From the NCBI GenBank assembly GCA_944388995.1, contig CALXKN010000007.1:4732-68731 (forward strand): a DNA stretch of 64,000 nt, written 5' to 3'. Origin of the DNA: an uncultured Spirochaetota bacterium (lineage in GTDB: Bacteria; Spirochaetota; Spirochaetia; JAFGXN01). Positions 48,182 through 57,190 of this stretch are shown here, in pieces. The notes beneath the pieces are model-generated. The model saw only the letters and a list, made by a program, of their open reading frames with translations, was not told the origin of the DNA and searched no databases. Numbering within the stretch: position 1 is the first letter of the stretch; every line of letters starts with the position of its first letter. Both the position numbers and the translations under genes were made by a program.

Positions 48182-49945
48182 TCAATACGGTATCAGCGGG
48201 TCGATGAAACCTCCGTTTTCATCGACCCATTTTTTTTCATCATCGCTCAGCAGCGAACAGTCGGTCAGCCGGGATTCAAACGGAAAATCGGTCAGCCGCT
48301 CGAAACGCAGATAACCGGAATCGGTTTCATCGCGGACGACGGCGTAGATATTCTCCAAGCGGATACCGTACTCCCCTTTGCGGTAACACCCCGGTTCGAT
48401 GGAAACAATCATTCCGGGTAAAGCAGCGACTGTTTCATTGGAAGGAGAAATCGAAAACGGCGGTTCATGAACACAGTTGATCCAGCCAACGCCGTGACCT
48501 GTGCCGTGACCGTATTCCGCTCCGCCGCGCCGCGCCTCGCCGCGGGCAACCGCGTCGAGCGCGGCTCCGCAGGTTCCCTGCGGAAAGCGTGTGCGCGCCA
48601 GAGCAATATGGGCTTTCAGGACGGCGGTGTAATCGCGCACCGCTTGCGGCGGGGGATCGCCGCCGCCGGTCCAAAAAACCCGCGTTATGTCGGTGGTTCC
48701 GTTGACGGAGTGCGTACCGCAGTCAAGCAGCAGCAAACCGCCCAGACCGACGGCGGCGGCCGTTTCCGCTTCGGGTTTGTAGTGAACAACCGCGCCGTTT
48801 TCCCCGAAGGCGGCGATGGTCTCAAACGAAGCACCGCGGTAACTCTTTTCCTTGCGCCGCAGCTCTTCGAGCAGACGGCTCAGATCCGCTTCATTGAAAC
48901 TCTCTCCGGCCTCAACCGCTTCCAGCAGCCGCCGCCGGAAACGTAGCAAAACCCGTTTATCCGCCGCCGCGGCCTTTTTCACCGCGGCAATTTCCCCCCG
49001 CGTTTTAACGGTCTGCATCAGCCGGATCCGCAGCCGGTCGTCGACAACAGTATTGCGGCGGGCTGTTAAAAACCGGAAGAGATTTTCGTTTAAATCGTTC
49101 AGCGAGCATTCGATTTTCAGTCCGCAGACCGAATCAAGACGACTCAGAAATTCCCCGTACGGGAAAATTTCAACATTGGGAAGTTCCTGCGGCAATGGAT
49201 GATCGGTAAACAGCTCCATCCGATCGGATGTAATTAAAGCCCACGAATAGAAAAACACGTCTTCGCGTGCATCTCGGAACAGTCGGAAACCGGTTAGCCA
49301 AGCTATCGTGTCGGGCGCGGTCAAAAGAAGCACATCTCCCTTCATATCGCGGCGCAGCAATCCGATTTTTTTCCGAAAAGCACGCACAGGATCTTTGACG
49401 ACCGCATCCAGGGGCTCGGATCCGGGACAAAACCTCTGCGTCCGCCCCGAATCAAAATCGGTCAAATCGGTTTTCTGTTCACGGCAAACCAATTCCAGCT
49501 TCCGGTAAAACGGGTGAGAGATTCCGCTTTTATTAACGGCAACCGTCTCTCCGGCAGTCAATCGCTCTCCCAGCCACTGCGGCAGCGGCGCCTCTTCTCC
49601 GTCTTTGACCAAAACGACATCGCGGTTTTCAAAAAGTTGTTCGCACTCCAGATAATAACGGCTATCGGTACGAAAAAAAATCTTTTCAGGCGTCAAAATC
49701 ACCGTTCCAGCCGAACCGCGGAAGCCAAGCAGCCGCTTCCGTTCGTTGAAAAAGTCAGGAACATTTTCACATAAATGAGGATCAGCCGAAAAAAGAATCA
49801 GCCAATCGATTCCTTCCGCTGCCATCCGATTCCGTATTTCGTCAATTGCATCCATGCTCACAGTATACCGCCGCCCCCCGATTTCGGCAAGCAGAAAAAA
49901 ATGATTGTCTTTTTTCAAATTTTGTGATATAATAAAATGTGTCAC
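48182..49945 (-). CDS. Xaa-Pro aminopeptidase-like M24B metallopeptidase
   Basis: Pita-bread metal ligands HGTGHGVG and SIEPG...GIRLEN. N-terminal creatinase-like domains. The true start may be the internal Met at 49855 (MDAIDEIR). Confidence 0.8.
   Translation of the reverse strand: MTHFIISQNLKKDNHFFLLAEIGGRRYTVSMDAIDEIRNRMAAEGIDWLILFSADPHLCENVPDFFNERKRLLGFRGSAGTVILTPEKIFFRTDSRYYLECEQLFENRDVVLVKDGEEAPLPQWLGERLTAGETVAVNKSGISHPFYRKLELVCREQKTDLTDFDSGRTQRFCPGSEPLDAVVKDPVRAFRKKIGLLRRDMKGDVLLLTAPDTIAWLTGFRLFRDAREDVFFYSWALITSDRMELFTDHPLPQELPNVEIFPYGEFLSRLDSVCGLKIECSLNDLNENLFRFLTARRNTVVDDRLRIRLMQTVKTRGEIAAVKKAAAADKRVLLRFRRRLLEAVEAGESFNEADLSRLLEELRRKEKSYRGASFETIAAFGENGAVVHYKPEAETAAAVGLGGLLLLDCGTHSVNGTTDITRVFWTGGGDPPPQAVRDYTAVLKAHIALARTRFPQGTCGAALDAVARGEARRGGAEYGHGTGHGVGWINCVHEPPFSISPSNETVAALPGMIVSIEPGCYRKGEYGIRLENIYAVVRDETDSGYLRFERLTDFPFESRLTDCSLLSDDEKKWVDENGGFIDPLIPY
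49905..49933 (+). promoter_or_regulatory. extended -10 promoter (-35 TTGTCT, 17 nt, TGaTATAAT) for the dtxR-family regulator, pyrK and pyrD operon
   Basis: TTGTCT 49905-49910, TG 49925-49926, TATAAT 49928-49933. The predicted transcription start coincides with the GTG start at 49939. Confidence 0.4.
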
Positions 49946-50373
49946 AAGAATTAACTGAAAGTTTAGAAGATTATTTGGAAGCGATTTCTCATTTACAGGA
50001 AGAGTTTAAAGTCGCACGAGTCAAAGACATCTCTTCTCGACTCAATGTGAAAATGCCGTCCGTCACCAACGCGCTGAAAGTATTGAAATCGAAAAATATG
50101 ATCGATTACGAGAAAAATTCTTTCATTACACTGACGCAGGAAGGTGAAAAAGCGGCGCAGCGGATTATCCGCAAGCATGAAGTCTGCAAAGATTTTTTTC
50201 TGAATATTCTGCATTTACCGGAGGAGGAAGCCGACCGCCTGGCGTGCTCTGTCGAACATCACATTTCCGGGAAAACGGTTTCCAAATGGGCTCGACTGAC
50301 CGAACTGATCGAAGATTTTTGCAAAAAGAACGACGATTTTGCGCGATGCATGAATCAACTCGGGACCGATTGA
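49939..50373 (+). CDS. DtxR/MntR-family metal-dependent transcriptional regulator
   Basis: N-terminal LTESLEDYLEAI..ARVKDIS..LNVKMPSVTNAL matches the DtxR-family HTH plus metal-site region. GTG start. Ends 1 nt before the pyrK ATG. Confidence 0.75.
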   Translation: MSQELTESLEDYLEAISHLQEEFKVARVKDISSRLNVKMPSVTNALKVLKSKNMIDYEKNSFITLTQEGEKAAQRIIRKHEVCKDFFLNILHLPEEEADRLACSVEHHISGKTVSKWARLTELIEDFCKKNDDFARCMNQLGTD

Positions 50374-50374
50374 A

Positions 50375-51133
50375 ATGACCGACTTTTTATCCGAAATTCT
50401 CGTTAACGAAAAGATTGCTCCCGATTTTTACCGCCTGCGCTTCACCGTTCCGATGGACACCGAAATTTTACCGGGATCGTTTTTTTCTTTAAAAGACGAA
50501 CTGCCGACAGGAACGCTGTTGCGGCGGCCGTTCGCTTTTTCCGATGCCGGCAAAGGCGAGGCTGAAGCGCTTTATCAAATTCGAGGAAAAACAACGCACG
50601 CGCTTTCACTGCGAAAACCGGGCAGCCGGTTTCAAATTCTGCTGCCGTGCGGCAACGGTTTTCCGATCGACAAAATCGCTGCCCGGCAGCCGGTTTTAAT
50701 CGCCGGAGGTGTCGGTCTCGGTCCGATTCTCTTCCTTTATCGAAGCTTGTCACGTAAAAACAGGGAACCGCTTCTCGTTGCCGGATTCCGCAGCGCGTCT
50801 CTTATTCCGCATTCGCAGCTGCCGGCCTCAACGGTTATCTGCACCGACGACGGTTCTTTCGGCGTTAAAGGTTCGGTTCTTGACGGCGTGCGGGAAATTT
50901 CTGCGAAACAGCCGCTTTTTTTCGCCTGCGGACCGACAGCAATGATGAAAGCGCTCGCGTTTGAGGCTGCGCAGCGTCAAGCCGATGCATTTGTTTCGTT
51001 GGAAGCGATGATGGGATGCTCGCTCGGCGCCTGCATGGGGTGCGTTGTTCCGATCTGCGGCGGAGGATACAAACGAGTTTGCAAAGAAGGTCCGGTTTTT
51101 GACGCGAAGGAGATTTTATGGACATCGATGTGA
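50375..51133 (+). CDS. pyrK: dihydroorotate dehydrogenase (class 1B) electron-transfer subunit
   Basis: FAD/NAD-binding fold (RRPFAFS, GGVGLGP). C-terminal 2Fe-2S motif CSLGACMGCVV...C. Confidence 0.85.
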   Translation: MTDFLSEILVNEKIAPDFYRLRFTVPMDTEILPGSFFSLKDELPTGTLLRRPFAFSDAGKGEAEALYQIRGKTTHALSLRKPGSRFQILLPCGNGFPIDKIAARQPVLIAGGVGLGPILFLYRSLSRKNREPLLVAGFRSASLIPHSQLPASTVICTDDGSFGVKGSVLDGVREISAKQPLFFACGPTAMMKALAFEAAQRQADAFVSLEAMMGCSLGACMGCVVPICGGGYKRVCKEGPVFDAKEILWTSM

Positions 51134-52032
51134 CGGTCAAAATCGGGAAGGGAGTTTTACCGACACCGACAGGCGCCGCTTCCGGTACTTTCGGTTACGG
51201 AGATGAATTTGCCGGTTTGTACGATCCGTCAAAATTGGGCGCTGTTTACACAAAAGCGATCTCTCTTTTTCCCCGAGAGGGCAATCCGCCGCCTCGACTG
51301 ACAGAAACGCCGTCAGGAATCCTTAATGCCATCGGACTGGCCAATGTCGGCGTTGAAGCGTTCATCGAAAAAAAACTCGAATTTTTATTAAAGCAATCGT
51401 TTGCAACCGTCGTTAATATTGCCGGTTCTTCGCCCGACGAATACGTTCGCACGCTCTGCCGGTTAAGCGACAGCGGCGTTTGGGGATTCGAAATCAACCT
51501 TTCGTGTCCGAATGTCAAACACGGTTGTCTCGCATTCGGCACCGATCCTCATCATGTCGAAAATCTGACCGCCCTTCTCCGCAAAGAAACCGATAAACCG
51601 CTGATCATCAAACTGACTCCGAATGTCACCGACATCGGAACGATAGCCGAAGCCGCAGAAGCAGGCGGCGCAGACGCTGTCAGCCTGATTAACACGTTGT
51701 TAGGCATGGCAATTGACGTCAAAACCGCCCGTTTTAAGTTAGCCAACCGCACAGGAGGACTTTCGGGTCCCGCTGTTAAGCCGGTCGGAGTGGCTGCCGT
51801 CTACAATGTCTCTCGCCGTGTTAAAATTCCGGTTATCGGCATGGGAGGCATCATGTGCGCTGACGACGCCGTCGAATATCTTCTGGCGGGAGCCAAAGCG
51901 GTTCAAATTGGCACCGGAAACTTTATCACACCGGGGCTGTGCGACTCCGTTTACGACGGTATTGTCGATTATATGAAGGAAAAAAATCTCTCTAAAATAG
52001 ACGACTTTGCCTCCCTCCTGCAGGATGCATGA
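51118..52032 (+). CDS. pyrD: dihydroorotate dehydrogenase catalytic subunit (class 1B)
   Basis: Blocks GYGDEF, NLSCPNV and IGMGGI. Overlaps pyrK by 16 nt. Confidence 0.9.
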   Translation: MDIDVTVKIGKGVLPTPTGAASGTFGYGDEFAGLYDPSKLGAVYTKAISLFPREGNPPPRLTETPSGILNAIGLANVGVEAFIEKKLEFLLKQSFATVVNIAGSSPDEYVRTLCRLSDSGVWGFEINLSCPNVKHGCLAFGTDPHHVENLTALLRKETDKPLIIKLTPNVTDIGTIAEAAEAGGADAVSLINTLLGMAIDVKTARFKLANRTGGLSGPAVKPVGVAAVYNVSRRVKIPVIGMGGIMCADDAVEYLLAGAKAVQIGTGNFITPGLCDSVYDGIVDYMKEKNLSKIDDFASLLQDA

Positions 52033-52072
52033 GAAAAGCAGAGTTTTATTCCGAAAAGCTTTTGCCGTTATT

Positions 52073-52471
52073 TCAGCAGTTCAAAATCCGTTCCGCTAAA
52101 TGAACGGCGTTAAGAACACCCTGTTTACCGATTCCCATAGTAGCGCACGGAATTCCTTTTGGCAGCTGCAAAATCGACAGCAGCGCATCAACGCCGGAAA
52201 GACAGCCGGCAACAAGGGGAATCCCGATAACCGGTTTTTTGACCAATGCCGCAACAACGCCCGGCAGTGCGGCGGAAAGACCGGCCGCTGTAATGATCAC
52301 GCGGTAATTTTCCTCGTTCTGCATTAAAAACGCCTTCAGTTCCTCCGGATTGCGGTGAGCGGAGTAAACTTTAAAGTCGTAAGTCAAACCTTTTTCGTCC
52401 GCCAGCTGCAAAGCCGGCGCCATTTGCTCTCGATCCGATTCGGATCCGACAATAAAAAGCAGTTGTTTCAT
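52073..52471 (-). CDS. purE: 5-(carboxyamino)imidazole ribonucleotide mutase/carboxylase PurE
   Basis: Start at MKQLLFIVGSESD. Blocks SAHRNP and AAGLSAALPGVVAA...PVIGIP. Confidence 0.85.
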   Translation of the reverse strand: MKQLLFIVGSESDREQMAPALQLADEKGLTYDFKVYSAHRNPEELKAFLMQNEENYRVIITAAGLSAALPGVVAALVKKPVIGIPLVAGCLSGVDALLSILQLPKGIPCATMGIGKQGVLNAVHLAERILNC

Positions 52472-52505
52472 TTTTTCTCCTTGCAAACCGAGTCAACGGC
52501 AGCTG

Positions 52506-53762
52506 TCAAAAGAATTTTTTTCCGATATCGCTGCGGCTCCAACACCCCTCGAAATGCAGCTGCCGCACGCCGTCGTAGGCTTTCTTGGCAGCTTCGGACA
52601 ACGTTTCCGCCACACCGACGACGGTAAAACAGCGGCCGCCGGCGGTTCGCAGTTTGCCGTCTTCACCCCGCACCGTTGCGGCATGAAAAACCGTCAAATC
52701 GCTGCGGTTTTCGGGCAAGGCAGTCACTTCGCAATTTTTTTTGTACGGACCGGGATAACCTTCCGCCGCCACAACCACTCCGACAGCCGCCTTTCCCGCC
52801 AAATCAAACGCACCTTCGGTTTCCAACTCATCAAGTTTCTGATCCCGTAAAGCGGCCGCCAAAAATTCAAAACAGCACGGAAGCGCCGCCAGCAACGGCT
52901 GCGTTTCCGGATCCCCGAACCGGACGTTAAATTCAAGCACTTTCGGACCGTCAGCTGTTATCATTAAACCGATGTAAAGCAGTCCTTTGTATGTCAATCC
53001 GTCTTTTTGCAGACCGGCCATAACCGGTTCAACGATTTCCTTGGAAATTTCTTTTTTCAGTTCGGGAGTCACGCACGGAACGGGACAGATTGCCCCCATT
53101 CCGCCGGTATTCGGTCCGTTGTCGCCGTCGCCGGCCTTTTTGAAATCGGCGCACGGCGGCAGAATCGCGTAATGCTTTCCGTCCATCAAAACAAAAATCG
53201 AAATTTCATAACCGCTTAAAAACTCCTCAACCAGCAACTTATCGGTTTTGAGGATTTCTGTTCCGAATTCGAGAAGCGCTTTTTTGTCATCCGATTCAAG
53301 AACGCCTTTACCGGCTGCTAAACCGCTTTTTTTGACAACAACTTTTCCGTTTGTTTTCTCAATATACGCAATAAAATCGTCGGGATTTTGAAATTCTTGC
53401 GCTTCAGCAGTAGGAATCCGGTGACGATTCATAAATTCCTTTGAAAACACTTTGCTCGATTCCAACTGCGCCGCCTCTTTATGAGGACCAAATGCGGCAA
53501 TTCCGGCTTCCGTCAGAGCGTCAACTACTCCGTTTGCCAAGGGAATTTCCGGACCAACAAAGACAAAATCAATGCCGTAATCGCGGCATACTTTAACGAC
53601 CGCTTCGTTATCCGTCTCGGAACTGAGTGTGAGTAAAGTAGCCGCTTCAGCCATGCCGGCATTTCCGGGTGCGGCAAAAAGCGAATCTTTCCCCAAAGTC
53701 TCTGAAAACTTCCATACAACCGCATGCTCCCGAGCTCCTGAGCCCAAAACCAAGACTTTCAT
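52506..53762 (-). CDS. purD: phosphoribosylamine--glycine ligase
   Basis: MKVLVLGSGAREHA N-terminus, ATP-grasp blocks. 418 aa. Confidence 0.9.
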   Translation of the reverse strand: MKVLVLGSGAREHAVVWKFSETLGKDSLFAAPGNAGMAEAATLLTLSSETDNEAVVKVCRDYGIDFVFVGPEIPLANGVVDALTEAGIAAFGPHKEAAQLESSKVFSKEFMNRHRIPTAEAQEFQNPDDFIAYIEKTNGKVVVKKSGLAAGKGVLESDDKKALLEFGTEILKTDKLLVEEFLSGYEISIFVLMDGKHYAILPPCADFKKAGDGDNGPNTGGMGAICPVPCVTPELKKEISKEIVEPVMAGLQKDGLTYKGLLYIGLMITADGPKVLEFNVRFGDPETQPLLAALPCCFEFLAAALRDQKLDELETEGAFDLAGKAAVGVVVAAEGYPGPYKKNCEVTALPENRSDLTVFHAATVRGEDGKLRTAGGRCFTVVGVAETLSEAAKKAYDGVRQLHFEGCWSRSDIGKKFF

Positions 53763-54331
53763 TTTCCCTCCTCCGCGCGATTCAGCAATTCAATGACCGT
53801 CTGCGGATAAATTTCGTATTCACAAGCGTGAATTTTTTCTTCAATTTCCTCGATGGTTTCTTCTCCGGTTCGAAAAAACGATTTCTGCCGAATGACTTTC
53901 CCCGTATCCATTCCGGCATCAACGTAATGAACAGTCACGCCGAGTTCTTTATCGGGAGAAGCAAAACTCTCCTCAATTCCGTGCGTTCCCGGATATTTCG
54001 GCAACAAAGCGGGGTGAATGTTGATGATTTTTCCGGCATACTTTTCCGTCATTTCAGGCGATAAAAGTTTCATAAATCCGGCTAAAACGATCAAATCGGG
54101 TTTCAGTCGGGTCAGCAGAGCGTCGATTTCAGCTTCCGTTTCGCCGCGGCTCCGTCCGAGATAGGAAACGTGATACGCCGGGATGCCGAGTTTTGCAGCG
54201 CGAACGAACGAATACGCATCTTTTTTATTGCAAATCATGGCAGTGATTTTATGCTCCGTTTCGGCGACTGCTTCGCATATGGCTTGAAAATTGGAACCAT
54301 TACCCGACGTGAAGACGACAGCTTCAGCCAT
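53759..54331 (-). CDS. purN: phosphoribosylglycinamide formyltransferase
   Basis: SGNGSNFQAI and INIHPALLP blocks. Confidence 0.85.
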   Translation of the reverse strand: MAEAVVFTSGNGSNFQAICEAVAETEHKITAMICNKKDAYSFVRAAKLGIPAYHVSYLGRSRGETEAEIDALLTRLKPDLIVLAGFMKLLSPEMTEKYAGKIINIHPALLPKYPGTHGIEESFASPDKELGVTVHYVDAGMDTGKVIRQKSFFRTGEETIEEIEEKIHACEYEIYPQTVIELLNRAEEGK

Positions 54332-55283
54332 TGACCAGCTCTCCGACCTTAATCAGTTCAATTTTTTCGGCGGCCGCTTTTTTCAGAACGGCGTCGGCGT
54401 CGGCGGCTTTGACGACAATGACGATTCCCAATCCCATATTGAAAACTTTCCGCATTTCAGCTGTTTCGATCCCGCCTTTCTCCTGTATCAAATGGAAAAT
54501 TTCAGGAACGGGCCAATCCCAAGTAAACTGCGGCTTGAGATGCGGCGGCAGAACGCGAACCGTGTTGCCTTCCAATCCGCCGCCGGTAATGTGAGCAGCG
54601 CCAAGCAGGCAGCCGGTCGCCAACAACGCTTTCATTTCTTTAACATAAATTTTTGTCGGAGTCAGCAGTTTTTCCCAAACCGCATCGTTTTCACCGGACA
54701 ACGCTTTGCGTGCCAGAGAAAGTCCGTTCGAATGCACTCCGGAAGAAGGCAAGGCAAAAAGAAGATCGCCGGCGCTCATTTTTTCTTTAAACGGCAGAAC
54801 CGTCTCTTCGTCGCCGATCCCCACACAAAATCCCGCCAAATCGAAGTCGTCGTTCCGGTACAAATCCGGCATTTCCGCAGTCTCTCCGCCGGTCAAAACG
54901 CATTCGGCCTGTTCGCAGCCGTTTACAATTCCTTTGATGACATCTTTCAGAACGGATTCGTTCAGCCGGCCGCAGGCGATATAATCCAAAAATGAAATCG
55001 GTTCAATTCCGCACACGATCAAATCGTTGACGCTCATCGCCACCAGATCGATGCCGACCGTGTCGTATTTTTTCAGCCTCATCGCCGCCAGCAGCTTCGT
55101 ACCCACGCCGTCGGTACAGGAAAACAGCAGCGGCTTTTTATATTTGGTCAGATCCACCGGCAGACCGCCTGCAAATCCGCCAATGGAGGACGATACCGCT
55201 TTCGAACGAATGCTTCCGATAAACGACGCAAACCGATCACCTTTTTCGATGTCGACGCCGGCTTCTTTGTATGAAAATCCCAT
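54324..55283 (-). CDS. purM: phosphoribosylformylglycinamidine cyclo-ligase
   Basis: SYKEAGVDI and DGVGTK blocks. 319 aa. Confidence 0.9.
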   Translation of the reverse strand: MGFSYKEAGVDIEKGDRFASFIGSIRSKAVSSSIGGFAGGLPVDLTKYKKPLLFSCTDGVGTKLLAAMRLKKYDTVGIDLVAMSVNDLIVCGIEPISFLDYIACGRLNESVLKDVIKGIVNGCEQAECVLTGGETAEMPDLYRNDDFDLAGFCVGIGDEETVLPFKEKMSAGDLLFALPSSGVHSNGLSLARKALSGENDAVWEKLLTPTKIYVKEMKALLATGCLLGAAHITGGGLEGNTVRVLPPHLKPQFTWDWPVPEIFHLIQEKGGIETAEMRKVFNMGLGIVIVVKAADADAVLKKAAAEKIELIKVGELVNG

Positions 55284-55296
55284 TTCCCGCTCCTTT

Positions 55297-56232
55297 TTAC
55301 AAAAACGCTTTCCACCGTTTTTTGATGTCGTTGTATTTCAGTTTTTTCAACGGAACCCAAAGAATTGCTCCATCTTCCCCGATAAGCTGCACCTGCCTCC
55401 GCAGCAAATTAATTTCACCGACTTTATAAGAAAGTTCGCCGGCGCGGACAACAGCGTCTTTTTTCGGGAAGAGCTTTTTCTCCGTTTTATAAAAGTCGTT
55501 TTCATACGCCAGACAGCAAAGAAGGCGGCCGCACGGACCGGAAATCTTCATGGCATTCAACGACATATTCTGTTCCTTCGCCATTTTGATGGAAACCGCG
55601 CTCGGCTTGTCGCTGACAGAAGCGCAGCAGAATGGACGGCCGCAAACAGCCAGACCGCCGACAATGCGCGATTCGTCGCGGACACCGACCTGCCTCAATT
55701 CAATTCGCTCCCGAAAAGAAGAAACCAATTCTTTTAAAAGTCCGCGGAAATCAACGCGGTTTTCCGACGTGTAAAAAAACATCAGTTTCGGTTCGTCGGT
55801 TAAATAGTGAGCCGAAATCAGTTTCATATCGAGTTTTAAAGCGGCAATTTTCTTACGGCAGAAATCAAACGCTTTCTGTTCGGCGTCCCGGTTACGGTTG
55901 TATTTTTCGAGATCTTTTTCCGTCGCCGCCCGGATTAATTTGACCGTATTTTTCGGCGACACTTCCCGCTGTGAAACTTTTCCGAGAATACGGCACAAAT
56001 CCTTTCCGTACCGGGCGTCGGCAATGATGCTGCCGTTGCGAATCAGCTTCTCGGCCTCCTCTTCCGGAACCGCCAGATAACTTGTCTCGCAGGAGTGCGT
56101 CAGCTTAACCATCAGCAGAACTTCGTCATCTTTCAGCCGGCAGCGGTTGGAACTCCGCCGGTTTTCGGAAGTCTCTTCAAAATCATCCTCAATGACCAGC
56201 CCGTCTTCTTCGGCAACAATCTCTTTTCCCAA
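55297..56232 (-). CDS. PSP1/RicT (YaaT)-family protein
   Basis: Conserved core RIELRQVGVRDESRIVGGLAVCGRPFCCASV. Confidence 0.7.
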   Translation of the reverse strand: MGKEIVAEEDGLVIEDDFEETSENRRSSNRCRLKDDEVLLMVKLTHSCETSYLAVPEEEAEKLIRNGSIIADARYGKDLCRILGKVSQREVSPKNTVKLIRAATEKDLEKYNRNRDAEQKAFDFCRKKIAALKLDMKLISAHYLTDEPKLMFFYTSENRVDFRGLLKELVSSFRERIELRQVGVRDESRIVGGLAVCGRPFCCASVSDKPSAVSIKMAKEQNMSLNAMKISGPCGRLLCCLAYENDFYKTEKKLFPKKDAVVRAGELSYKVGEINLLRRQVQLIGEDGAILWVPLKKLKYNDIKKRWKAFL

Positions 56233-56242
56233 AACAAACTCC

Positions 56243-56755
56243 TTAACTCAGCAAATCGACAATCAACCCTTCGATTTCATTTATGCGGCTGAGAATCCGA
56301 ATCGGCCGCGCCTGTTCATCCATTAAGTCAACGGTCAGAAGATTGAGTTTTTCGTCAATGACTTCAACCGTCCTCAATACCTCCTGACGCGGCATTCCTC
56401 CGCGCACCCGCCTTGTAAAGCGGATCTCCTTTTCCTTCAGTGAAGCGGCAATGACCGCTTCCATCAGCTTTCTGATTTGATTTTTATACTCCCGAATCAC
56501 TTCGGGGCTGCGCGTCGCCGCCACCTCTTTTCCCAATGCCGTGATTTTGACGCGCATTTGCTCCCATTCTTCCGGAGCGGGAGAGGAGTGCCGGCGGCGG
56601 TCGCCGGCTTCCGCGCCGTTTTCGCGCCGAACCCGCGAAAAAAAACTTCCGGCGGAAACGTCGGCGCCGCTTTTTTCCGTTTTATCAGATCCGGAAAACG
56701 TTTCGACCGGAGCGCCGCCCGGAAACGATGGCGGAAACGTTGTGATCTTAGCCAT
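56243..56755 (-). CDS. hypothetical protein, possibly DUF327 (YaaR-like)
   Basis: 170 aa with a helical C-terminal half. Sits directly upstream of the RicT/PSP1 gene, as yaaR lies near yaaT in Bacillus. Weak assignment. Confidence 0.4.
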   Translation of the reverse strand: MAKITTFPPSFPGGAPVETFSGSDKTEKSGADVSAGSFFSRVRRENGAEAGDRRRHSSPAPEEWEQMRVKITALGKEVAATRSPEVIREYKNQIRKLMEAVIAASLKEKEIRFTRRVRGGMPRQEVLRTVEVIDEKLNLLTVDLMDEQARPIRILSRINEIEGLIVDLLS

Positions 56756-57185
56756 TTTCCGCGGTCTTTCTCATCGGATTGAAACGCTGCGGATCCGTTT
56801 CGGTTGGCGCTCCGGAACTCTCTTCCGAAACCGCTTCAGGCGACCGGGTTACCGTGCACTGTCCGTGAAGCAGCACGTTCTCCTCTACCGTCAGCCGCGG
56901 CGTTTTGATATTTCCGATCACGACACCGCCTGTCAAAACGACAATCCGTTCCGACGCCTTGATATTTCCTTTTACGATACCGCCGATGACAACCGTTTCC
57001 GCGGTGATGAAACTTTCCGCGCAGCCGTCTTTCCCGATCAGAACCTTTCCCGTTGAACGAATCGTCCCCCGAAACGAACCGTCAATTCTTAATAACTCAC
57101 TGGCATTAACGGAACCGGACACAAACGTTCCTTCGCCGATAATCGAATTAATGTAATGATTTCCGGTAAAAAAATCCCGTTCCAT
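56748..57185 (-). CDS. bactofilin-family cytoskeletal protein
   Basis: Repetitive beta-helical pattern (G.V.G.I.S.G.V.IG) across about 110 aa, typical of bactofilin (DUF583). Confidence 0.75.
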   Translation of the reverse strand: MERDFFTGNHYINSIIGEGTFVSGSVNASELLRIDGSFRGTIRSTGKVLIGKDGCAESFITAETVVIGGIVKGNIKASERIVVLTGGVVIGNIKTPRLTVEENVLLHGQCTVTRSPEAVSEESSGAPTETDPQRFNPMRKTAENG

Positions 57186-57190
57186 AAACT

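Noticed and set aside
52040-52062. AAAAGCTTTT palindrome between convergent pyrD and purE, considered as a terminator
   Set aside because: A perfect palindrome with no loop and weak flanking stems does not form a convincing hairpin with a U-tract.
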